From an uncultured Methanospirillum sp. (GTDB taxonomy: Archaea > Halobacteriota > Methanomicrobia > Methanomicrobiales > Methanospirillaceae): a DNA stretch of 64,000 nt. Positions 11,433 to 21,600 of this stretch are shown piece by piece. A program made the position numbers and the translations under genes. Under the pieces are notes generated by a model. That model did not search any database, was not told where the DNA came from, and saw only the letters and a list, made by a program, of their open reading frames with translations. Position 1 is the stretch's first letter. Each line of letters opens with the position of its first letter. The stretch spans positions 1-64,000 of the forward strand of contig CAZWTX010000010.1 of assembly GCA_964637135.1 (NCBI GenBank), in the 5' to 3' direction.

Positions 11433-11792
11433 TTATTCGTTTGCCACAAACTCACTCTTCCCTACTTTTGCATACACCCCGCAGATTGGGCAGATATACG
11501 TGTCGGGAAGATCTTCAAACGCAGTTCCGGGTTTTATTCCGTTCTTTGGTTCGCCCCTGGCCGGGTCATACAGGTATCCACAGGCCACACACCTGTACCT
11601 GCCTGACGGAGCCTCCATGGGGACAAATTCGTTCTTGCCGATTGCAGCTCCCTTTCCACAGACCGGACAGATATATGTCTTCGGGAGATCTTCAAACGCG
11701 GTGCCGGGGGGAATACCGTTCTTGGGTTCTCCCCGCACCGGATCATAAATGTAACCACATATTTCACATTTATACGGCTTATTTTTCTTCAT
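11433..11792 (-). CDS. Double (tandem) rubredoxin
   Basis: Two CxxCGY.YDP..G....[16 protein letters not shown] domains; the duplication is visible at DNA level. Confidence 0.93.
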   Translation of the reverse strand: MKKNKPYKCEICGYIYDPVRGEPKNGIPPGTAFEDLPKTYICPVCGKGAAIGKNEFVPMEAPSGRYRCVACGYLYDPARGEPKNGIKPGTAFEDLPDTYICPICGVYAKVGKSEFVANE

Positions 11793-11808
11793 TATGAGCC
11801 CTCAGTTC

Positions 11809-11850
11809 GTTGCAATGCAACATGTGGAATAGGGTTGAGCTGGTATAAAA
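11809..11850 (-). promoter_or_regulatory. Rubredoxin promoter: TATA box plus palindrome GTTGCA-A-TGCAAC
   Basis: TTTTATA on the minus strand at 11844-11850; perfect 6-bp-arm palindrome at 11809-11821 near the expected start site. Confidence 0.45.
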
Positions 11851-12444
11851 GACTTCCAAATTAGGTTTGGGTGAAATTTGACAATGAAGAAAAAACTCAG
11901 GAAAACAAAAGTCTGGACAACAATTCACCAGAAAAACCTGAATCAATCTGACCGGGTATACTCTATCCAAAACCAGACCTGACCATCGGATCTCCATCCA
12001 ACAGGATGAGTTGATACGTTGTACGGCATGAAAGGGGTAGAGTGAGAAACATATTCCACATGAAAAATCATCACTCCTGATGACAAATTTCTTACCCGGT
12101 TCCACTACAACAGCGACCGAAGCGGAACATTTCAGATACGAATGGGGATTGGGTGGATCTCACCGGGATCATTGATATGGGCGTATCTGTGGATACATCC
12201 TGCAGTGATGTGATTCAGTTACAATCAATCCGGTTCATGACATCCCGGTGGATCGATATCAATCAATTCCGGTCCGGCTGCCAGAAGGGATGAGTACCGC
12301 GAAATCACGGAATGAGGAGAGCGTAAGGTAATTATCCGTGTCCGTTCCTGAATGAAGTCCAACCACCGGTTGATGACTGCTGTCTCGGGGATAACGGATC
12401 ATCCGGAAGTTATATTCAGAAAGAATGCCATCCAGGTGATATTC

Positions 12445-12957
12445 ATGGGAAATTATGTTCTGATCGGGTTGCCAGGCGCTGGAAAGAGTACTCTCGGAGT
12501 AATCCTTGCAAAAACACTTGGAATGAAATTCATCGATACCGATCTCGTAATACAGGAAAAAACCGGGAGATTTCTCCAGGACATAATTGACACACAGGGG
12601 CCGGAGGCGTTTCTGAAGATCGAGGAGGAGACGATACTCTCGCTGAAAGCGGACAATACGGTCATTGCCACGGGGGGGAGCGTTGTTACCGGTCAAAAAG
12701 CAATGGAACACCTGAAAAACGGGAGCATCGCCATATACATACGAATCTCCTTTGAGGAGATGGTTCACCGGTTACATAATATTAAAACCCGGGGCATTGT
12801 CCTGATTCCCGGTCAGAATCTTCGCGATTTGTACGAACAACGGATTCCGCTGTACGAGAGGTATGCAGATCTCTGTATCGATTGTTCGGATGACGATTTT
12901 GAGGTTGTTGTCGAGAGAATCGTTAATTCCCTTCATACCACCCGGGGAGGGATCTGA
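12445..12957 (+). CDS. aroK: Shikimate kinase, bacterial P-loop type
   Basis: LIGLPGAGKSTLG, FIDTD, VIATGGSVV, R.PLYE.YAD; ATG at 12445 preceded by AGGTGA. Confidence 0.88.
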   Translation: MGNYVLIGLPGAGKSTLGVILAKTLGMKFIDTDLVIQEKTGRFLQDIIDTQGPEAFLKIEEETILSLKADNTVIATGGSVVTGQKAMEHLKNGSIAIYIRISFEEMVHRLHNIKTRGIVLIPGQNLRDLYEQRIPLYERYADLCIDCSDDDFEVVVERIVNSLHTTRGGI

Positions 12958-13189
12958 TTATCTTATGATACCTTGAACCCGGATGACAGAGGGTTGTCCA
13001 GAAGATGGAGAGAGGTCATGCCGTTGTATCGGCGATGGCATTATATTGCCATTCATTCACCGATGATATATCTCCCGGTCAGGACCTTACAAGAAATCCC
13101 CCATACAGGTACCAGGTGTCCGGGATGATGGTTACCGGCTTGAACCCATCCATCATCCATCTCACGAATCCCCACCTGATCCCTACCCT

Positions 13190-14800
13190 TCAGGATGTCT
13201 CCCCGGTGGGAGCCATAACCGTGATTAAGTTCTCACGGGTAACCGTATCAGATCCCCATTGCTTTGATGTAATGGTGAGGGTGACCGTGTACAAACCATC
13301 ATCTGAGTACGTATGAACCGGATTTTTCCCGTCCGAACCACATCCATCACCAAAAATCCACAGGTACTCACATTCCTCATCCTGACAGGTACTCTGATCA
13401 ATAAACGAAACCGTCAGCGGAGCCTCTCCGGACAGGGGGAGAGCATCGAATGCGACCTTCACCGGCTGGGATCGGTCGGTGGTATTCACCATTTCAGGAT
13501 CCCTGATACTGGTTTTAGGAATCGTCGAGGGAACATCTCCCGGCAGAGGGTGAGTATCAGGCACTAATTTTTCATACAGGGATGAGTTGCTGATATTCAC
13601 CGTGAGCGGAACCGCTGCAGCATACCGTGCCCCGTTCTGATCCTGGATCTGTAAGCTGACCGGGTATGATCCGGCAGTAGTGTACACATGCTGGACGTTT
13701 CTCGCATTCGAGGCAATGGATTTCCCATCACCAAAATCCCAGAGATAGGTATACATCTCCTCAGGAACACCGGGATCGAGTTCTGACTGATCGAGGAAAT
13801 ATACCTCCTTTGGAGCCGTCCCGTTCAGGGGAATTGCCGTGAATTTTACCGCCGGATACTCTGAAGGCTGGACACGAACAGCATCGGACACGGTAATATT
13901 CATCTGATTGCCATTGGCATTCGCAATCGTCAGGGTAACCGGGTACCGGCCGGCACCGAGGTAGGTATGAACCGGGTTCTTCTCATTCGAGACAGCACTT
14001 CCGTCACCAAAATCCCATCGGTAATTCGTAATGGGAACCGTGCTTGTACTCTGGTCGATGAAGGAGACCTTCAACGGAGCAGGCCCTATCGACGGAACTG
14101 CGGTAAACAATGCCGAAAATTCAGGTATCCGGCCGGATCCCGAACTATTGGTGATATTTACGAGGACAGAGCCGGGAGCACGGTACCATGCTCCGGTATC
14201 GTCCTGAATCTCCAGTGAAATGCTGTATTCACCGGGTACAGCATAACGGTGACGGGTATTTCCAGCTGTATTGGTCTCGTTAGTCCCGTCATCAAAGTCC
14301 CAGAGGTAGGTATACATCTCGTCAGGGACACCGGGATCGAGTTCTGACTGATCGAGGAAGAGAATGTCTTCTGAAATCGTGCCATCCGGTGGAGATGCAG
14401 CAAACCTGACAATCGGATACTCTGAGGGGCGGACATGAATGTAAGCATCTTTTGTTACTGTTGCATTCGCCCCGGTTTTATCATGCACTGTCAGGGAGAT
14501 GTTATACCAGCCTGCCCCGGCATAGGTATGGACCGGATTCATCTCTTCTGATGTCTTACTCCGGTCACCGAAACTCCAGAGATAACCGGTGATATTCGAT
14601 GTGCCCTGGCTCTCGTCCAGGAAGGTTACTGTCAGGGGGGCCGGTCCTTCGGTCGGAACACCGGTGAATCCGGATATTATCTCTGCGGAGACGCTGACTC
14701 CGGTCAGAAGGATGAGAAAAAGGATGACCCCCGCGAACTGTCGCAACCGGCAGGTGATCATCATATTACTCGTTTTTCTTTTTTCGTTGATTTCATTCAT
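13190..14800 (-). CDS. Secreted multi-PKD domain protein (5 PKD domains)
   Basis: Signal peptide; repeated GPAPLTV.F.D.S / W.FGDG / NPVHTY; a PKD pair is internally duplicated (PSEYP..FLDQSELDPGVP.EMYTYLWDF twice). Confidence 0.92.
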   Translation of the reverse strand: MNEINEKRKTSNMMITCRLRQFAGVILFLILLTGVSVSAEIISGFTGVPTEGPAPLTVTFLDESQGTSNITGYLWSFGDRSKTSEEMNPVHTYAGAGWYNISLTVHDKTGANATVTKDAYIHVRPSEYPIVRFAASPPDGTISEDILFLDQSELDPGVPDEMYTYLWDFDDGTNETNTAGNTRHRYAVPGEYSISLEIQDDTGAWYRAPGSVLVNITNSSGSGRIPEFSALFTAVPSIGPAPLKVSFIDQSTSTVPITNYRWDFGDGSAVSNEKNPVHTYLGAGRYPVTLTIANANGNQMNITVSDAVRVQPSEYPAVKFTAIPLNGTAPKEVYFLDQSELDPGVPEEMYTYLWDFGDGKSIASNARNVQHVYTTAGSYPVSLQIQDQNGARYAAAVPLTVNISNSSLYEKLVPDTHPLPGDVPSTIPKTSIRDPEMVNTTDRSQPVKVAFDALPLSGEAPLTVSFIDQSTCQDEECEYLWIFGDGCGSDGKNPVHTYSDDGLYTVTLTITSKQWGSDTVTRENLITVMAPTGETS

Positions 14801-14826
14801 GGTTGTTCGTCCGGTTAATGGATGGA

Positions 14827-17800
14827 TTATACTCCGAAACTCATCCCGGAGAGGAGCATTTCATCAGCGGTCTGGGCAAGATTCTGGGTCTTGAGGAAGG
14901 TGGTCTGGTCCGGATGGATGACCTCAACTGCCTTGAGATTTCCTACCTGAATTCCGACCTGGACACCCTCACCCCAGAACGTGTGGGAGAGCTGCTTTCC
15001 GGAGAGGACGACATTCAGGGCCCTGGTATTGTTATTGATGGTAACCGTGGCATTCAGGTCCGGACCGGTCTTGGAATAGGTGTAGAGATCGCCAGTCACA
15101 CTCGTCGGGGCATCGAAGGAGACGTCAACTCCGTTCAGCGTGATCCTGACCGGCATGGTTGCATTCACCGTTCCGGCGGTCACCCTGCCTCCGTTCAGCA
15201 TCATGGTGCAGGTATCCTCGTTATCGCCCAGGTACCGGATGGTTCCATGCATCGTTGCGTTCTGGAGGGAGAAGACATCGTTGGTGATGCGTTCATCAGC
15301 TCCTGACCAGGAGATCGACTCGGTTCCGGTCATCAGGAGGTCGTCGTCTATCGAGAGGTTCTTGCCTCCGATACCGATTCTCACGATGTTTGATTTGACT
15401 CCTAACCGTGCCAGATCCTCTACCTGGCTTGCAGTAAACCACCACTTGCCTGATCCGAGATCCACTCTCAGGTGAGATACCCCGTTGGTTGCATCCTCGG
15501 TGGTGAATGCTATCTCGTGATCAGATATGATGGTCCGGTTCCCGACCATCGACCCGAACGGGAAGTTAATATCGCCTACCCTGACCGTGACCGGACGTTT
15601 CAGGTGCATTGCCGTGGAACGGTTGAATCCGGCAGGAATTGTCCCCTGTATCTTAATCTGGTTGCCGGGAGCGGCGTCCTGAACGGCAATGATGGCCGTG
15701 TCCACGACGTCTGAAGATGTCTTGCCAAAGAAGGCCCGCAGGGTTGAGAGTTCGGTGTTCACGGTCGCATTCATTACCGGGGAGGCTGAGTCGGTGAGAT
15801 CAAGGCCGTATCCCTCCCAGTGGAGGAACTGGTAGCCGTCTGCCGGAACAGCCCTGACCTCTCCGGTCGTTCCTTTCCGGATACCACCCTTCGGGAGCGT
15901 GATGGTTCCGGCCCCGGCAGGAATGACATTTGCGTGAATCTGCTCATCGGTAGATGATTCTTCGTTGTAACAGCCCTGGGATCTATCCGCTGCCAGGAGG
16001 TTATACGTCAATAACCAGGGCTGATACCCGGAGAATGTATCCGGAACCCATGGAACCTTTCCTTTCCCGTTCGGGGTGAGGATCATCGGTTCAACCTGAA
16101 TCGTGTCATACCCGCAGACATCGTCATCTGCTTCTTTCATCGACCATTTAAACGCAATTCCCTGGTTAATGGCATTGGTGATCGTCTTCTCGTCTTCATA
16201 ATCGAATGAGCCACCAACTCCAAATCCCATTATACGGACACTCGTCTCGACATCGCCATCGACCTTCTGGGTGTTACTGGTCTCGGTTGTCATCTCGAAT
16301 TCGGTGGTCTGTTGGATACCCATACTCCACTCCAGGTTATTTCCAAGTGAGGTTGCAGTGAAACTCCCTGCATACGGACTCTGTGTCCAGTCACGATCTA
16401 CCCAGCCACCTGACCAGGAAGCCCAGTCCCATTCATTAAAGTTATCAAAGGCCGGAGAGTTTCTCATACCGGCAAGCGGTCCGGAAGTGGGTGGACTGGT
16501 GATATTATACCCGAGGGCGTGTGATGATACCGGGCTTGACGGACTGATCGTCGTGAGATAGAGAATCTCCGGGTGGTCCGGATTGAGAACCCCGTTATAA
16601 TCTGCGTAATTATATGCATGGGTTACCAGGTTTGGTGCCAGATACAGGATAAACCCGTTCGAATGATCTCCCATGCTACAATGGCTGATCGTGTCTATGG
16701 TTTTTTGTGAGAACTCTGCCTCGTTACTATCCGAGGTTTCTACCATCGCGGATGCAGATGCATCAAGACCCACCCGTTTTTTGAGGAACTTGTTCTCATA
16801 ACTGACAGTCGCCTTTGCAGATTCAGATCCACCGGTTTCAGTCACCTGCGAGTCGGTTTTACTCAACTCAACCTCTGAGGTCACCTCCATTCCGTCACAT
16901 TCATAGCCGTTATATGCGAAGGGAGGAGCACCATCGACAAATCCGACTGGAATAGAAAGATTACCATAGGTATTGAAGTCACTCTGGGTATCAAAGGAAT
17001 TAACCGTGTTATTCACGATAAGCATATCTGAATTGTAGAACGTGAGATACGCCCATTCAGCCTGTATTCCGTAATTCCAAGTCATCGAATCTTGAAACCC
17101 GAGTAAACAATAAAGAACCTCACTATTTTCCGAGTTTTCGATAGGGAGATTTATGGCTGTTTTCGTCACATATCCACACCCGATCGCATTATTAATAACT
17201 TCGGGGCAAGGAACCTTGATCTGATTTTCTACCCCCCAGGAATTTGTGGGAAATGAAGAGACATCACATGTATAGGTGATCAGCGGTGGTGTGTATACCA
17301 GATGAGCATCACCACAGACGATCGCATTAATATTGTTCACACCGGTTGGGTTTTCCTGATAGGAACCTGCGGTCAGGAAGACTGCTGAAGGTTTTCCCTT
17401 ATAGGTGTTCACCCAGGTATTCTGATCTATCAATGTCTTCTCGCCATAGTAGTTATTCGGACCAATGAATGAGGTTTGAACGGTATCGGCAAAGTCATAG
17501 GCCCAGATGATTACCGGCTCATCGGTATACATGTGGGTGGTTACCATGACATCATAGATTTCGGTGTCCGGTACTGGTGAGAATCCCGGACGGCTTGAAT
17601 CATTATTGGTGAGACTATATACCGGCTGGGCAGGCACTACAGATGATGTTCCTTCGAGATCTTCTATCGATATGAAAAAGACATCCAGATACGCGGTAGA
17701 GCCACTGGTAATTTTCCGGATTAAATATACTCCGTCGTCGGTACTACAGACCTGGAATAACTTTGGATTACTTCCAGCGTTATCCCAGGCATAATTGGCG

Positions 17801-18291
17801 ATGGTCCTTTTTGCCCCCCAAGCTCCGGACCAACCAGTTCCTTCAGGTTGCAGGGCGAACGAATCTACACTCGTCTGGCCGGTTGAGAAATCATACCCGA
17901 AGATGTAATTTACCCCGTTGATATACGCACTCCTGAATCCGGCAGGGCAGGGATTCCCAATCTCTCCACTAATTGTCAGAGGCGACCCGTCCAGGACTTG
18001 AAACTCCGGATGACCACCAGAATTTGCTGCTGTGACTTTTAATACGTCTGTATGACTTGTTTCTTCGGTATTTCCATATTCATACCATTTGGGAGTTTGA
18101 ATTGCCAGATAGCCAGGCGCCGGTGAAAAGATGGAGAATGCCGGATATGTATCGGGATACTGACCATAAGCTATAGCCTGTGGCCCCATAAATTCCGCTA
18201 TTACCGGCGATACCCCAAGCAGGAGTGCGATCGCCACTAGTCCTAAAACAATACTCAGTCTCCGCCAACTGACCGTTTTTTTGCCTGACAT
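14827..18291 (-). CDS. Large secreted protein, paralogue B (beta-rich, InlB B-repeat-like domain); candidate pore-forming or surface protein
   Basis: Likely start ATG 18291 (MSGKK, matching MSGLK of the paralogue); signal peptide; GAGTI..VPADGYQFLHWEG B-repeat-like domain; co-linear with 18671..22132. Confidence 0.8.
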   Translation of the reverse strand: MSGKKTVSWRRLSIVLGLVAIALLLGVSPVIAEFMGPQAIAYGQYPDTYPAFSIFSPAPGYLAIQTPKWYEYGNTEETSHTDVLKVTAANSGGHPEFQVLDGSPLTISGEIGNPCPAGFRSAYINGVNYIFGYDFSTGQTSVDSFALQPEGTGWSGAWGAKRTIANYAWDNAGSNPKLFQVCSTDDGVYLIRKITSGSTAYLDVFFISIEDLEGTSSVVPAQPVYSLTNNDSSRPGFSPVPDTEIYDVMVTTHMYTDEPVIIWAYDFADTVQTSFIGPNNYYGEKTLIDQNTWVNTYKGKPSAVFLTAGSYQENPTGVNNINAIVCGDAHLVYTPPLITYTCDVSSFPTNSWGVENQIKVPCPEVINNAIGCGYVTKTAINLPIENSENSEVLYCLLGFQDSMTWNYGIQAEWAYLTFYNSDMLIVNNTVNSFDTQSDFNTYGNLSIPVGFVDGAPPFAYNGYECDGMEVTSEVELSKTDSQVTETGGSESAKATVSYENKFLKKRVGLDASASAMVETSDSNEAEFSQKTIDTISHCSMGDHSNGFILYLAPNLVTHAYNYADYNGVLNPDHPEILYLTTISPSSPVSSHALGYNITSPPTSGPLAGMRNSPAFDNFNEWDWASWSGGWVDRDWTQSPYAGSFTATSLGNNLEWSMGIQQTTEFEMTTETSNTQKVDGDVETSVRIMGFGVGGSFDYEDEKTITNAINQGIAFKWSMKEADDDVCGYDTIQVEPMILTPNGKGKVPWVPDTFSGYQPWLLTYNLLAADRSQGCYNEESSTDEQIHANVIPAGAGTITLPKGGIRKGTTGEVRAVPADGYQFLHWEGYGLDLTDSASPVMNATVNTELSTLRAFFGKTSSDVVDTAIIAVQDAAPGNQIKIQGTIPAGFNRSTAMHLKRPVTVRVGDINFPFGSMVGNRTIISDHEIAFTTEDATNGVSHLRVDLGSGKWWFTASQVEDLARLGVKSNIVRIGIGGKNLSIDDDLLMTGTESISWSGADERITNDVFSLQNATMHGTIRYLGDNEDTCTMMLNGGRVTAGTVNATMPVRITLNGVDVSFDAPTSVTGDLYTYSKTGPDLNATVTINNNTRALNVVLSGKQLSHTFWGEGVQVGIQVGNLKAVEVIHPDQTTFLKTQNLAQTADEMLLSGMSFGV

Positions 18292-18310
18292 ACTTCCTTT
18301 CCCTTCCTGC

Positions 18311-18342
18311 TGCCGGAATGGTGTTCCCCAACCATTCCGACA
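18311..18342 (-). other. 12-bp stem-loop in the putative 5' leader of paralogue B
   Basis: Transcript strand TGTCGGAATGGT-TGGGGAAC-ACCATTCCGGCA, 12 pairs including one U-G, 20 nt before the ATG. Confidence 0.6.
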
Positions 18343-18670
18343 AAGAATCGATAAATGCTCGAAATAAGAGTGATTCACGCACCATCCGGTGAGTGCGCGA
18401 TTCTCTCTTATGGTGTGATTCTATATTTTGAACATTATATAATTGCCTATATTTATCCTATAAAATATGTCAGAGAATTGCACATATTTTTCATATTCTC
18501 TCAAATTTCTGTTATTTTGGTTTGATTCAGGTATTATTCTCCTTGATAAAATCTATTATCTGGTTACCGGTAGTGTGTTCAGACCGGATATCCGGAAAAA
18601 AAGTGGGAAGAATTTTTGATCTGCCTTATCGGCAGATCCGGGATCTCTCTCCTGTCCCGATAATCTCCTA

Positions 18671-21600
18671 TCAGAAACTCATTCCCGAAAGAAGGGTTTC
18701 TTCTGAAGAGTGGGCAAGATTCGGTGTCTTCAGGGCGATCGTCCGGGCAGGATGGATTACCGACGAGGCTTTTGCGGTTCCGATCTGAAGGCTCACCGGC
18801 ACCCCGGTCTCCCAGAAGCGGTGAGAGAGTTTTTTACCCGATAATTCGACGTTCCATCCCTTCGTATCATTGTTGATCGACACGGTGGCATTCAGGTCCG
18901 GACCGGTCCGGGAATAGGTGTACTGGTTCCCGTTCACCGAGGATGGTCCGGAAAGGGCAAGTTCAACCCCGTTCATCGAGAATTTGACCGGCATCGTTGC
19001 ATTCACCGATCCGGTGTTCAGTTTCCCGCCGCTGAGCATGAGGGAACTGGTCCCTGACTCATCTCCCAGGTACCGGATGGTTCCCCGGACCGTTGCATTC
19101 TGGAGAGAGAATACATTGTTCGTGACCAGTTCGTCGGCTCCTGACCAGTCAATCGACTCGGTTCCGGTCATGAGCACGTCATCCGTCACCGAGATGTTCT
19201 TACCACCGATACCCATCCTCACGATGTTGGATTTTACCCCGTATCCGGCCAGGTTCTGTACCTGGTTAGCCATGAACCACCACTTACCTGATCCGCGGTC
19301 TATCCTGAGATGGGAGACACCCTGTGTCGGATCCTCGGTGGTGAACGCGATCTCGTGATCGGATATCACGGTCCGGTCCCCGACCGTCGGGCCGAACGGG
19401 AAGATGAGATCTCCGACCCTGATCTCAACCGGTGATTTGAGGTGCATGATGATGTGGTTATTAAATCCGGTGGGAAGGGTTCCCTGGATTTTAACCTGGT
19501 TTCCGGTCGAACCATTCCGGACTGCAATAATGGCCGTGTCCACAAGACTCGACGAGCTTTTCCCGAAGATGGCACGGAGGGTTGACAACTGGCTTTTCAC
19601 GGTCGCATTCGTAACCGGAGAGGCAGAATCGGTGAGATCGAGGCCATAAGCCTCCCAGTGCAGGAACTGGTACCCGTCCGCCGGGATCGCCTGAACCTGA
19701 CCGGTCATCCCCTTTGCGATTCCTCCTTTCGGCAGGGTGATGGTTCCGGCATTTGCAGGAATGACACTTGTCTTGATCTTCTGCTCGATTGCAGATGCCC
19801 CGAGATTGCATCCTTCAGACGGATCAGCTTCGATGAGGTTGTACGTCAGGAGCCAGGGCTGATATGCAGAATATGTCGGGGGTACCCAGGGAACCGGTTT
19901 TCCTGCGATTGGCGTGAGAAGAATCGGTTCAACCCGGATGGTATCATACCCGCAGACATCGTCATCGGCGACTTTCATCGACCAGTGGAAGGATATTCCC
20001 TGGTTAACCGCATTGGTGACCACGTTTTCTGCCTCCCAGGTATACGATCCGCTCGCTCCGAATCCCAGAACCTTCGCACTCGTCTCTATCTCGTTCTCGA
20101 CTGTTGTTGTCTGGCTGGTCGTTGTCGTCATCTCGTATTCGGTTGTCTGCTGGGACCCGAGACTCCACTCCAGGTGATCTCCGAGAGAGGTCGCGGTAAA
20201 ACTCCCTGCATACGGACTCTGTGACCAGTCACGGCCACCCCATCCTCCTGACCAGGAAGCCCAGCTCCAGTCGTCAAAATCATCAAAGTACGGCGATTTC
20301 ATCATTCCGGCGAGCGGTCCTGATGTTGGCGGACTCGTGATATTATACCCCTGAATATGGGAGGTCAGGGGGTTTGAGGGATCCATCTTGGACAGGTAGA
20401 GAATCTCCGGGTTATCAGAGGGTAGATTTCCTTCGTAATCGGCGACATTATATGCATTCGTTATCAGGTTCGGCGAGAGATAGAGAATATATCCATATGA
20501 ATGGTTCTCTCCCATACTGCACCGGCTGAAGGTATCAGTCGTCGTTTGCTTAAATTCCGTCTCGGTACCGTCCTTGTTTTCAATGGAATAACTGTATCCG
20601 GCATCTACGCCGACCCGTTTCTTCAGGAACTCATGTCCATAACTGACTGATGCCTTTGCTGTGGAAGAGCCGGATGTTTCTGTTGTTTTGGTATCCGATT
20701 TACTCAGCTCGACCTCTGATGTCACCTCAACGCCGTCACATTCAAACCCGTTGAATGAAAACGGAGCGACACCATCGACAAATCCGACCGGTATTGAGAG
20801 ATTACCATATGCGGTGAAGTTGGTGGAGGTATCGAATTTCCCCTGGGTACTGTTCGGGATTAAGAGATTCCCATCCCAGAACGTAAGAATAAAATTGCCA
20901 TCCTGGTAGAAATCGTCGGTATATTTTTTGTCGTCAGGATCGTAGGTGAATCCGACCAGGTAACATGACTCACTATTCGCAGATCCGACGATCGGGGCAA
21001 CGATGGGGAAGACAGTAAACCCATTATCTGCCATGACTAACGGGAATTCCCCGGATGGCATACCAATAACTACCTTTTGCCAGGTATTTGATCCGAAAGA
21101 GGTGATATCGCATGAGTATGTCCCTATTGCAGAAGATTTGGTATTCTCATAATCACCACAGGCGATTGCATTGATATTGTTCGTATGGAAGGGATCTTCA
21201 GCATAACACCCTTCGGTGAATGAGACCGTTCGTGGTTTTCCACGGAAGAGGGTTGTCCAGGAATTTTTATCGATCAATGTCTTCTGACCGTATCCATTCG
21301 GTCCGATATACCAGGTACATACGGTCTGACCGGAATCGCCTGCCCAGATGAATACAGGATTATCCGGATCCAGGTGAGTAGTAACAAGGCCGTCAAAGAG
21401 TTCGGTATCCGGTACCGGGTTGAAACCCGGACGGCTTGAATCATTATTTTTGAGTTGGTATACGGTCTGATAGGTTAACTGGTCCTCTGTCCCCAGAAGT
21501 TCTGCCAATGGAATGAACGAGATATCAACATAGGACCCCGCAGAGTTTGTGAACCTGCCAAAAAGGTACACTCCGTCATCTGAACCGAATACCCTGAAGT

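Noticed and set aside
11433..11792. DNA direct repeat in the rubredoxin gene
   Set aside because: Explained by the tandem domain duplication.
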